In this document: positions 47,641 through 59,613 of the stretch, one piece after another | How the letters are laid out: each line of letters begins with the position of its first letter | How positions within the stretch are numbered: the first letter of the stretch is position 1 | NCBI GenBank assembly: GCA_004022145.1 | Contig: RCNU01000004.1 | Length of the DNA stretch: 64,000 nucleotides | Strand: one strand, 5' to 3' | Source of the DNA: Paecilomyces variotii | Taxonomy: Eukaryota | Notes under the pieces: model-generated | The model's input: the letters and a program-made list of their open reading frames with translations, nothing else | Database searches by the model: none | Told to the model about the DNA's origin: nothing | Translations under genes and position numbers: made by a program

Positions 47641-48970
47641 CTAATCAGAATCAGAATCGGAACGCGGAACCAAACCAAAGACTAATTTAGGATCTGCCTT
47701 TGTGTCCGCAAAACACAGTCCTTCCTCCGCGGCGCCCATGATATCCCAGCATAGTATTTTGACATCGAACTCGGGTGCGCCACCCTCCGCCGAGGACCTG
47801 GGCTTTTGCGTCACCGCAACCACAGCGCTAGATCCAGCATACCGCGCTGGATCCTTTCCTTCGGCACCAGGTTCCTCACCGGCTCTATTTGCGAAGACAA
47901 TTATCACCTTCTTAGTTAATCCGCTCGTACCATCAACATCCCCATCATGCTCCATCTTTTTCTCCAGAAGAGGCCAGAACCTTCGAATCCAGTACTGGAA
48001 CGTATCCATATCAGGCTTGTCACGTAGCGCTGCGAGCTCTTCGTGACCCAAGAGAGTCAACCATGCCATGGATAGAATAACAAGTGGCGATTTCGAATCG
48101 ATAACGCGATTTGCAAATTCCCAATCTGTAAACGGAGCTTCGAACTTGTAAGGGTTGATATCCATACAGATACCGAATGTAGTCTGGATCTTGTTCTGTT
48201 GTTGCGAAATTCCATCGAAGTTGAACGTGTAGAAACTCCGCTCGGCGTCACCTTCGCTTGCCCATGTTTCGTCGGTATAGTAAAGGAATCTCTTCCGGTA
48301 ATTGTGCAATATAGTTCCGTACTCGTCTACGACGAGCAGCGAGTTATAGTATTTGTCATCGGATGATAATGGGTTACTGTTCCCATTCTCTGGCGATGAC
48401 GACGATGTGGCCTTCTCAATCTCTGGGTACCCAACGCAGATTTTACATCTTAACCTTTTGGCTGTCTCTTGCGCCCATTTTGCCGTGGGTCCGGTGGACT
48501 GGGACTCCAAGTATGGCTTGATGGCTTCCAATGATGGGAAGTTGTAACCTGGAAGGACCTATCAGCCATTGTCTGCGTATGAATAGTAACCAAAAAATGT
48601 GTCCCGAAATATACTATGTCTGGCGTATAAACCAATCACAATGACAAGGGACAGACAAAATAGAACATATAATCCGAGACCCTTATACATCAAACACCCA
48701 CATCATAGCACAAATAACATAGCAGTCCACAAGAAGCCCGTCGAAACCCATCAAGTTTTAGACAGCATATATTCCTAAAAGAACAAAATAGAAACGACCA
48801 AAGCCTAGATACTCACCACTAAACGCCAATTCCGGCAGAACCAAAATCTCCGGCCTCATAGATTCAATACTCAGACCATCTTTGCCTCGTTTAAGCAAAT
48901 CATTCGCTCTGCGAATGTTGCCTTCCACATCGCCCAGCCGTGGAGCGAACTGCAGCGTAGCGATCTTCAT
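47641..48970 (-). CDS. NTA1: Protein N-terminal Asn/Gln amidase (nitrilase superfamily); intron 48816-48549
   Basis: MKIATLQFAP.LGDVEGN, LVLPELAFSGYNF, YRKRFLYYTDETWA.EG, FGICMDINPYKFEAP, LSMAWL, ANRAGEE; E-K-C catalytic triad present. Confidence 0.93.
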
Positions 48971-49814
48971 TCCTCTGCGCTGGTGGAATTCACCTCGGAA
49001 ATGATAATATCTGGGCAAAAATACCGGACGCGAGAATAGTAAGTTCTGGGACTTATCATAGCAACCTGCTAGAGAACGGCTATAGCAGGTAGTAGTATGC
49101 AGAGGTGGATGGGCCGGGATAGATGAGAGAGCAAGAGCCTTAAGAGGCACTCTTGCCGTCCTGAGGCAGGAAATTTTGGGCGATGTTCAAACAAATCTGA
49201 AAAGATGTTATACAGAATTTGAGCATTTAGTCAATATTAGAAACAGCCAGTGAGAGGCCTTCTGAATGGTTGTTGTCGTACGAGCGGATAGGTTAGTCCA
49301 ACTAACCGATCATCTCACGTGATGAGGCTGTATGGACTTCTGGAGTACTCAGTCCCGCCTGTATATAACAAGCGCTAAAATGGCTAATGTAGATGGGAGA
49401 GTTGACCAAGCTATTAAGTTTTCAAAGATATGCTATGTCGAGGGTGAGAAACGTATACCCATTGCTATCTCCACAATCCCCAATGAGTTTGCTACTATTA
49501 TCTGAATTTGGCATCAAGGTAACAGTCAAAGATTTCAAGACGCACCAAGACATGTATATACAACGCCATGATATATAGATGATAATAGGCTTGAAAACGC
49601 AAGACAAGAGTCATACAACCATTCCTTCGGATCAAGAACACCGTAATACAAATGCAAATATCAGACAAGGTCGCCTGGTTCTAATACCGGTGAGAAATCC
49701 CGACTGCCGATCGCCATGCTCTTTATTCGAGAATGCTGAAATATGTACAATGGAAATGTATCCACAAGACAATGTCTGTTGAACGATAGACTTAGATGTC
49801 TGCCATATCGTTTT

Positions 49815-52800
49815 CTAATTTTCCTTTTTCCTCTTCCCTTGGACCTTTTTGTCAGAGTTGAAGTTCAAGGGCTTGAAAGCTAGGCCTTTTCCACCAGTGA
49901 TCCTGATCCTTTGCTCCGTGCGAGACATAGTTCGACCAAGGCCAAGTGGGGTGTCCGGTGCAAGGGCAACCTCGTAGCCGTTGACGTAGGATTGCAGAGG
50001 CGAGTGACCGCGAGATGCACTTCTTGATGAAGAAAGACTCCGTGAGAAGCTTTGTGAAACACGAAACGGGTCAGGGCCAGGTTCAAAACTCTCAAGAAGA
50101 CTCGGCCCGTTCTTTAAAGATTCCGCAGCTATGCGAGCTGCAGATAAAAGAAGTTCATCCTCATCGACATGCGAACTGACAGGACCTCTGGGTGCCGGCT
50201 TGGGCTCAGGTTTCCGTTCAGTCATTGACCGTACTTGCTCCAGTATTGGCAACGTCGGCAAGGGCGCAATGGAAGCGAGAGCCAACGATGGCTTTTTAGG
50301 AGGTCGCGGGGGCTCTTTCTCAGCCTGCACGGCCTTCTCTGCTTTAGATATCCCAATAGAGTTTTCTAGTTCCTGTTCCTGCTCTTGCTCTTCAAAGGCT
50401 CTTTTCCGACTAGAAGAGAACTCCTGCCGTCGTTTATTAGCCGTTTCATTCAAAGCTTGTACCCAAGCAAGGCGCCGACGCTCCTTTTCCTCAAGATCTA
50501 GTAGGGATAAATCAGCAATGATGAATTAAGTATAAGCCATACATCCAAAAAAAGATTATGCTTACAGGCTTGATCATGTTCGATAGCTGGTTCATCGCTA
50601 GTCGGCGGTGCGAGGATTTCCGTAGATAGTGGAGGTTCGGTTGCAACGGCCGAAGTCGATTGAGGCTTCGCGTCCCACTCAGCTGCAGGTTCCGTGGCCG
50701 TACGATCATCGAGTCGCTGATCACGTTCTCCAGAAAGAGGAACTGAAGACTTGTCATAGGCAATTTCATCCACAGCTGCCTTTTCTGCTGTGATCTGCGT
50801 CGGCTCCACGATCGACTCGCTCGTCGGCGGTGTGGTCTCTGGTGCCGACGTGGGGAAGATCGGTTTGAAAGGAGCGGCTGCTGAGATATCTCCGGTGGAT
50901 TTCGAGAAGACTGTAGAGACTTGACCTGAGGGTGCTGATGGGAAAGAGAACAGGTTAGGACCAGAAGATGGACCTAAGATGCGTTAGGAATACGGCAAGC
51001 AGACGAGTAGGTGAGGGAGAAACCGTACTTGCTCGGTCGAACAAAGAGCCATGCGAAACAAAGGTTTGAGGTCCTTTGGGCGGGCCCTGCGTTTGGGAGA
51101 ACAGGCTCGGTTGTTTCTCAGGCCCGGGAGCTGCAAACGCAGGCTTTGGGGGAGAGAAATCAAGGAGGGGCTTTTTCGATGGCAAAGAGGTCACACCCGT
51201 CGCCTTGAGAGAACTCGAAGGGTCTGCTGGCTGGGGACCTGATGGTGCCTGGAATGGCGGGACACGAGATGTAGCTGAAGTCGTCGCTGAAGGAAACTGA
51301 AAGTTAGGTTTGGTAGAGAGATTATTCGCGGTGTCTGAGGATTTTGCTTGGAATGGGTTTGTCGTGACCGTGGCGTCTTTCTGCGGTACGAATAGTGAGG
51401 AGAAGTTGGATTTTGGTGGAAAGGCGGATGCCTCTTGATTGCCAGTGACAGATATAGAGCTCTGAAACGGCGACGTCGCATTAACCTGGGCAGAAAACAA
51501 ATTTGACGAGGCCGAAGGAGGAGCAAAAGGGCTTGATGCAGCAGGCATAGCCGTAGGAGCTTGAGGTTGTGAGCCACCGAATAGGGACGGAAAATCTCGC
51601 TTTCCACCAGCAGAGAATATGGAAGACGTCTCTTTTTGCGGCTCCTGAGAAGATATATTTTGCGACGGTGCTCCAAATGGATTTGCAAAGCTAGATGCTG
51701 ATGCCGATGATAACGCGGCGCTGCTCTCTTCTGTAGTCGGCTCTCCTAGTTGCAACCTTGGTGGCTCCTCTTCGTTTTCATCAGCGCTGACAAAGAGCTC
51801 ATTATCTTCTTGCATCGATGTTGCGTAGCTTGGAGGCTGAGACTCCGCACGTGTTGTCAAAAGAGAGCGATCGATCATCCCATGCTTCGCAGCTTGGCTA
51901 ACGTTTAAACCCAGCACAATAGCCACCAACGTCCTACCTGCCCGCTTAGATTCGACAAGTTTCTCCGAAAATGCATGCTGCGATGATGGCTGAAATTCTA
52001 ATGGGAGTCAGAAAATGCAAATTTCAGAGACGGGAAGCTTAGAATAACTCCGTTGCAGGCGAGGATATCGTATACATACCCACAGAATCGACCGGACGAT
52101 TGCCCCAGTTCAGGTATTCTTCTCCATCTGCATTTTCAGCAAATTCGAGATCCTGACCCTCGCAGAACTGGCGCGTTTGCTCGTCGTCGTCGAAATGTAG
52201 AGCCTTAGTTAGTTCGCCGATCGTCCATTCCTCGTTCCTATGCTGCTGAGACTGAGGTTGGCGACAATAACCCTTCCATATGGATCGGATAGCGGTCTGC
52301 CGGATATGATTAAGATAAATCTCCGCCACGCAGGCCATAAGGTATGGTACACTCGGAGAATCCAGTAGATTGAAAAATCGAGCGTAGAAGCCTTGCGCAA
52401 TCGCATTCGGTCGTTTCGCATCTAGTGTGCCCTGATACTCCCACGTATTGGTAGCTGCAGCAAACAGTTCCAAAGCAAGCTGCACTCTGGGAGACTGACG
52501 CAGTTCAGCCGGCCATCTTTGTACTCTGGCCTCCAGGTCAGGCCTCTGGTCATGGATAGAAAATATGATATAGTAGGCTCGAAATTCATCTTCATTAGGA
52601 AACTGAACACGGCCTCTATTGTCATCGTAGTAGTACATCAGGGAAAGCATCGTATTGTTCAGCTGCTCGCGCTCCTGGTGATGATCGAACGGCTCTTGAT
52701 TGTCCGGGCTAGAGAGTAGATGCAGTGATGCGATGTGGAAACGGGCTATCCGCTCTAGACATGTCACTGCCATTCGCACATGATCCTCCTGCGTGAGTTG

Positions 52801-53914
52801 CTGTACTGAAAAGTCATTCCGGATTGATCTCGTGCGGTCCCAGACAAATTTGTGGATTAAGCCAAGAGGCTCATTGCCGCCCAAGATATGTCGTATCAGG
52901 TAGTTGGTAGTTTGGAGAAGCGTCTTGGGAGTCCGGATATCAGAAGGAAGCTGTTCGTCGTAGCCAGCAGCAGATCTTCGAAATCGTTTCAGCATTTTCG
53001 TCTCCATGTTCTGAAGTGAATTGGTGGCCGGATGGAGGAACTGTGCAAACGAAATGGTAAGCTGAATTCAACTTTTCATCAAATAGAACGAGTTTACCTT
53101 CTCGCTTTTATCGACCATCTTCTGAACGATTCGCTCAACTCGCTCGAACTCGGGGCACATGCTTGTGCAAGTACCCACAGGAGTTATTGCTTGGTTCAAT
53201 GAGGTTGGCTGATTTGGATCGGCCATTTGTCCCTCTTTGATGGCTCTCTCCCGTTGTTTTGCCCTATCATACTTAAGCTATGTTATGTACTGGCGTTAGC
53301 AGATAATCCCAGTATCATATTATACAGAGCACATAGCTCATGAAACCCACCCTTTCATAACGCTCATGATAGCTATTCATGATTTTCGCGTCTTCCACCG
53401 GGATAGATGTCAGTTTTCCATCCGTGTTTGACTCCGTTGCCGGGCGATGACGAGGGTCCCTGCTACGATCGATAGACGATGAACCAACCGCCCCGTCCAA
53501 ATTCGAAGGCGACCCAAACGTGCCGGGCCCTTTTGCGATTCCAGCGAAAGGCGACGCGTTAAACTGAAGAGATGGCCCGCTCGGTTGGCCGAAGGACGAA
53601 GGTTTCCCCTGTCTAAGCTGCGCAAAGAGAGTGTTCCCGGAGGAAGTTCCAGAGGCAGTCTCAACTGTTCCTTGCGATGCATGACCGTCGCCCGAGCTTG
53701 CTGCTGCATTCCCTCTACCACGGCCAGATTTTGCTGCCACTGCAGCACCTCTCCCCCTGCCTCTGGTCTTCGTATCGCGCATCGCACTCGAAGCTTTTGA
53801 CTGATGGGGCCCCGATCGAACTTGCGACCCCCCACGACTTTGTCCCTGTGCACTTCCACCTCGACCCTTCTGTCCCGACAAGATCGCGGCGAACGCGTTT
53901 GCCGGCCCCCCCAT
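49815..53914 (-). CDS. SAC3: SAC3/GANP family nuclear mRNA export factor (TREX-2), multi-exon
   Basis: VGTCTSMCPEFERVER, MLKRFRRSAAG.DEQLPSDIRTP..L, FVWDRTRSIRNDF, CLERIARFHI, EREQL, EFRAYYI; followed by an F/S/P-rich low-complexity region and C-terminal LGRTMSRTEQRIR.TGGKGLA. Confidence 0.93.
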
Positions 53915-55454
53915 TTTTGTGGTCTATCGTAGAGTCTTCGGGTAACTAGTCGCTGAGACGAAGAAAATAAAGCCGCGACACGGGGCGTGATATCGCTCAG
54001 TCGCGCTGGTTAGAAGAATCGGGCGAACGAGTTGAGATGAGTGGAAGGCTGAGTTAGGTCCTGAAAGCACTGCCCATTGGACGGCTCCATTCCAATGGGG
54101 TGGAGAGAGAAAGTCAGTAAAACGAGCATTTTATAAGATGTTTGGGTATAGAAGACGATTGTATCGGTGAATATATCAAGGGAATAGGACATGACGTCGT
54201 GCGCAGTACCTTTTCCAAAACTTGCCAGCGAAGATATGGCACACGCCAGGTTCACGGGCTATTATCAAGCCCACACTCGGCGCGAAGACCTGGAGGATAC
54301 AGACAGCGATTCCCCAGGGAACCTAGGCACAGATGGCAGGGAGAAACGATCTCCGATACGTGGACCCGGCCATTTAACTGCACGGGGAGCACCGACGGCG
54401 ATCGGTCAAGAACGAGACAGACGCTCAAGTTGACTAAACGTACGACGGCATCGCAACGCGATCTTGGAGGAAATCTGTCTCAGGCGTAAGATGCTGGCAA
54501 AGTGTAGAAGTCTATTGCTTTGTTGGGATCAAGGAATGAGTATCGCGCCAGAGCTCCGAGCTTGCTTCCTCCGGTCCATCAGCAAAGGGCGCATGGGCGG
54601 CGTCAATCGCGGAACCGTAAGCGCGCCAACCGACCACTATTTCGGGTAATCAGCCGCGGGCTCGGCCTTGAACGGTCTACAATGGAGACTTGCTCTGCTC
54701 ACCCGCTAGTGTAAACCCCGATAGGCTCGTTTTCGCTTCATGAAGACGATTTAGGATTTCCTTGGTAATCTATCTTGACTGAGGGCCCCAGGAACGACCA
54801 AGTTCTGAGACATTTCCCCGATTCGGACGTACGACGACTACTACTACCTTGAAAAGCGATGTCGGCAACAACACAGGGAACACATCTACTTATGGAATAT
54901 GAGGAAATAAACCCGAGTATTCTCATTGGAAATATACCACCATGATAACCTAAATGTAAAATTTGAGGAACAACTCCGGCGTGTATGAGAGGATGGCTCA
55001 ACAAAAAGACAGCAATATTCCAACTAACGAAACAGCATATGATGACAGCACAGCGAAAGATACAGCAAGATAAGGAAAATTCCTTGTTCACGAGGCCACA
55101 AAAGGTCAACTTTCTATAGCAGAGTGTCTAGCTGTTTCATTCCACATTGTCATAAGTCACGCACGACTAGCAGGCGAACCAGAAACAGACACAGTGAGAT
55201 TGTTACAGACGCAAACATAACTAGAGGGAAATCTGGTGAGTATCAAAAGTGCCCCAAAACGAAGAGGTATCGTAACAGTGATATAAGAAACATATTTTCA
55301 GACAGCGAATGTCTCACTATTTGCGGACGTCAAGATCAGCACAGAATGACAAAAGCAGTCCGCGGTCGTTCATTCATATCGGTCATGCACTTCATCTAGC
55401 TGCACTTAAAAGCATGCAGCATCGAGGGAAATGGCTGCGGCAAATGATTTGAGA

Positions 55455-57490
55455 TCAGCCCAGGTGCGACTGGTCACCGTTAGGGGTTTGGACAACGTGT
55501 GGGTGGCTCAGGGAGCCTGTGCGAAATGCTGGTGGGTTCAAACTCATGGTCTCAAACTGAGCTCGAGCTCGAGCACCATGTAGATCCGGCAAAGAGTGAC
55601 CTATATGAGATAGATGAGGCGAGACTTCATGGGGATGGCTCGTCGGCAACATGGCAAGCGGGTATTGCATAGAGTGCTGTTGGAGGGCTTGGTTTGTAGT
55701 TGCGTTGTAATTGACAGGGTTGAACATATTTTGCTGGAAGTTTGGTGACCATGCATCAAAATGAGTTGGCGGCTGCTGGGGTGGGAGCGATGAGTTGTGT
55801 TGGCGCATCTGTTCCTCCGATGTCGTGGAGTTGAAAGATGTCTGTGCTAGGTATTCGAAGCCTGTCTGGTCGCTAGGACTAACCACCGTGGAGCTAGCTG
55901 ATGTCCTGGACACCGTCTGAGAGAATTCGTCCGCGTAACCGCTTTTAATTCGTGTTGTTGGAGAGGGGAATGTAGGAGGGTGCCTTGATTGCTCATCAAA
56001 TTGAAGGGGCGCCGCGGGCATCTGAAAGAGGCGGCCTCTCTCATCCGATACATGCACAGGCTGGCTGTGTGGTGCAACGGTAATTTGGTCGACAGGACTT
56101 GTTAGAGGACCTCGTGCTTGCTCTGCAGACGACATTGGAGTCAAGAGGCCCCCTTCGATATCTTCTCCATCTCCATTATCTATCTGCTGGTCGGGTTCGC
56201 TGACCGTATCTGAATCTCTGTCGAGTTTGGTATTAGAGTCGCGGTTGATAACATACACAACTGCGTTGGCATCTGGTTGTATGTCAGCACGAATGATACA
56301 CCTTGCCTCAAGGGAACGGAGGGGTCGATGTTTATACTCACCGACTTCTCCTCTCTCGAATCTCTCCTCCAGTTTCCTCACCCGGAAAATCTCGTCCAGG
56401 ATCTCCATTCGTTCCGGTGGCTTGATTTGGCGCTTTGCATCATGCGCAACTTCTTTAAGTTTATCTGAAGTGATTCCGTACTTCCCTAGCTTGCGAAGTA
56501 TATGAATAAGGAGACGAAGGCGCTCTGAGATAGGAAATAAGTATCAGAAAGCTTAACTAGAATAAGGACAACTTACGGTCTTTTTTCAAGTGATCTGGCT
56601 CCTTGTGCACCACTCCGGACGGCCACCATTCAGGCTTCGTCTTTTCTGGATCACCTTTCTCGCCAGGTTGAGCACCTGGAGGCGGTCTACCGCCGTTGTA
56701 AGGATGTTTCACTTGCTTCCTGGGCTCGATAAATTTGATGAAAGCTTTCGCCATTTGACGGCAGTTGAGTTGCTGGAAATGCTTCAATGCCATCTCATAA
56801 TACGCAGCCACCTTTTCCGTGTCACCAATCTCAAGTGCCATTCTGTCCATAGTCGGATAAGCCGGTGCCTCTTCGACCGGGCAATCGGGAACGGTGTCAA
56901 CATATCGCTCCTCCAATGTTGACCCTAACGTCGAACCTCTCCGTCTTTTAGCCTGATGCACAGCCTCCCATGAAATATTATGCATATCGGTTTCCTCCTC
57001 TTGGGACAGTTTCGGGCTGTAATCAAACGCAAAGCTGCCATCAAGCGCAATGTCGTCTTGTTTTATACTTGCTCGACGACCAGAGCTCATTTGTCCTGCA
57101 GGCAGGAATGTTAGTCCTCGGCCCGGGTGATAGAGCAGAAGGCAGACATACTCCCGAGCATAAGTCTTTGGTAATTTGCTCGCACCTTGGTACCGACCAG
57201 CTCCATGAACCTCTCGCGATCTTCTGGGGTAAAGAAAGTCCGTGTCTTCGCCTTGATCGATGGAGACTCGTCGACGCGCAGTCTTCCCATCTCATCGATA
57301 AAAATCATGGCATAGTGTGCATAGGGAATCTGGACGTGTCCCTGGTGACTCATAGCCATTGCCTGTCGGTTTCTCAGTCAGCTGCTCGGAACTCATGGGG
57401 AACGCAATCTTCGGATCATACTGGAGGAGCACCCCATCCTGGGTAATCGGATCCGGCCATGGACGGTGAAGGTCGTTTCGTGGGACCCAT
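55455..57490 (-). CDS. DUF2841 (YDR124W-like) domain protein, about 5 exons
   Basis: [57 protein letters not shown]; introns 57421-57363 and three more with canonical sites join in frame from ATG 57490. Confidence 0.85.
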
Positions 57491-58496
57491 TGCGGGACCC
57501 GCACCCCTGGAGACCATTTGCTGTCGAGAGTGCAGTTTCGTATAGGGAAATAAGTGATATCAACTGTTCTGAAGTATGGCACCCTTTCAAATGCAAAAAG
57601 GCTCCAAGAAAGAAAGGACTTTTTTTGGCGCAGGAAATGCTCAGAGGCAGAAGCTTGTTCACATGTAGAACTTTATAGAACTTTATAGGGTAGTTCGCAA
57701 CCAGTTGTACGACTTCCCCGCGACAAAATGCTCCTGTGGCGGGAAGACTGACGAGGATGCCCCTGACCTTGCAGGTTCTAGACGCGGTCACGACGGGATG
57801 ATGCGGCAGCGAGAGTACAATAGGTTCCAGGAAGGGAGTAGAAGAGAAACACGGGTATATAGAGGAGCAAGTGTACGATCTCCTGGGGTTGATAGGAGGA
57901 CGGATGAGAGCCAATGGAAATGAGCAGCGCTTCCGATATCCCAGTTACCAGCAAACAACTGGGGCAGAAGCGGGCAGCGTGGTATCTTGCATAAAACCAA
58001 CGGAACGGATCCTTTCGAAGCAAGAAATGAATCAGACTAAAAGGAACGAGGGTTGTCCACACAGTAGTGAGATAGATAGAGTGGGTGATAACGCCGGGAT
58101 TCCCAGCGGAGAGGGCTATGCGTCCACTTTGCCGGGTCACCTAAACCTTTCTGGATCGCGTCTGGTAGCACCGCTAGTGTGGCCAATGGCAGCCAGGATC
58201 AGCTTGACGGTCCTCGAAGACAAATAGAGGTGGAGAGATGGGGAGGCTGGAGGATGAGACGGGAGGAGGGGGGGGTTCATGACCAGAAAAGTAGAAACGG
58301 AGTGGAGTGGAAATATAGTTACCAGCTGACGGTCCGAGCCTTGCCCGCTAGGGGACATACAGAGAGTGGCCGTACGGAGACGGGAGCCGTCAGGGGCACC
58401 AAAAAAAAAAAAAAAGAAAAACAGACAAGAGATGGCCGGTGGTGGGACTTACCGATCACCGGGGCCTAGGCTAGAGAGTAATGGATATAGAGAAGG

Positions 58497-58523
58497 TAAT
58501 AATAATAATAATAATAACAATAA
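58497..58523. repeat. (AAT)n microsatellite
   Basis: taataataataataataataacaataa read directly. Confidence 0.85.
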
Positions 58524-59586
58524 CCGCGGTGGTGAAGTGACTGGATGGTCCGATGTGCTTGTGAACCTGGACGAGCACACGCGGATCCTGCGAGAGCCCG
58601 GTTCTGGATAAATATCGACTGGGGAATTCCACCGGGATATTAGAAAACAGAGCTTGCTATATGCAAATCACACGACAAGCTAGGTTCTTCCTGGACCAGA
58701 ATGTCCCCGGAGATCAGAACGAATAGGAGCGTATCAGGATTGGAGCGCACAGGAAGTGGGTTTTGTTCAATTGTTTGATGCCACTCAACCACGATTCACT
58801 GGGGGACAGGAGAGAAGAGAAATCTGGTATATAATAGCAGTAGCAGCCGTGGTATCTTCCAGGGACCAAGTACAAGTATTATTAACAACGAACAAAGTAA
58901 TCATCGATGTGCAAAATGGGCGATCCCATGGCTTTTCAGCCCCGTCGAGGTTGATAAAAAAAGGAACAGGCTAAGTCGACACTACGACAGACACTTCTTT
59001 CTTCATCCTCTGTCGACCGTGCTTGCCGCATCGCCGTCGCCGCCATAGAAGCCAAGGACATGAAGGCGAAAACACCCAAGCCCTCACTAGAGGGCTTCCC
59101 GTCCGCCATGCGAGGTATGCGGTTTAGTTACTTCGCAGTGAAAGAGCTGACCTGGAGACACTAATCTAGCCCGCCCGATCCAATCCACGACCACCCGGGA
59201 AGATCGCTCTCGCTGCATCGAACAGAAAAAATGCAAGACTTGAATGGCCTTGACTCCAGGAGGGGTGTGGCGCGCTATTGCCCGCTAACAACTCCCCCAC
59301 AAGCCAGTTGAGAGCCGTCGCGCTCTTAGATTTCAGGGTCTCTCGGCTCTGTCCCTCCACTGGATGCCAGCATCGGGTCCGCGTTCCCCTCTCGAGATCG
59401 TTCCTTGTCCGTCTTGTCTCTCGTCCTCCTCTGGCTGTGATCGGATAACCAACTTAACTAGCGGGTAACGGGAGCTCTAGGTACCGTCTCTACCTAGGTC
59501 CTAGAGTAGGCTCTAAGTCTAGGGTCCTGGAGAAGCCCTTGGGGCCCACCGGTATGGGTCAGCCCCAGGGACAGACAAAGCACGCT

Positions 59587-59613
59587 GTTAATTGATTAAT
59601 TAATTAATTATTA
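59587..59613. repeat. (TAAT/ATTA)n tetranucleotide repeat
   Basis: ttaattgattaattaattaattatta read directly. Confidence 0.7.

Noticed and set aside
48549..48816. Unusually long NTA1 intron as a snoRNA host
   Set aside because: Only a weak ATGATG box-C-like word; the CTGA candidate is the branch-point region; no terminal stem or guide could be supported without an Rfam search.
50955..51029. Apparent frameshift or premature stop in SAC3
   Set aside because: Explained by a canonical GTACGG...CTAAC...TAG intron; the frame continues after splicing.
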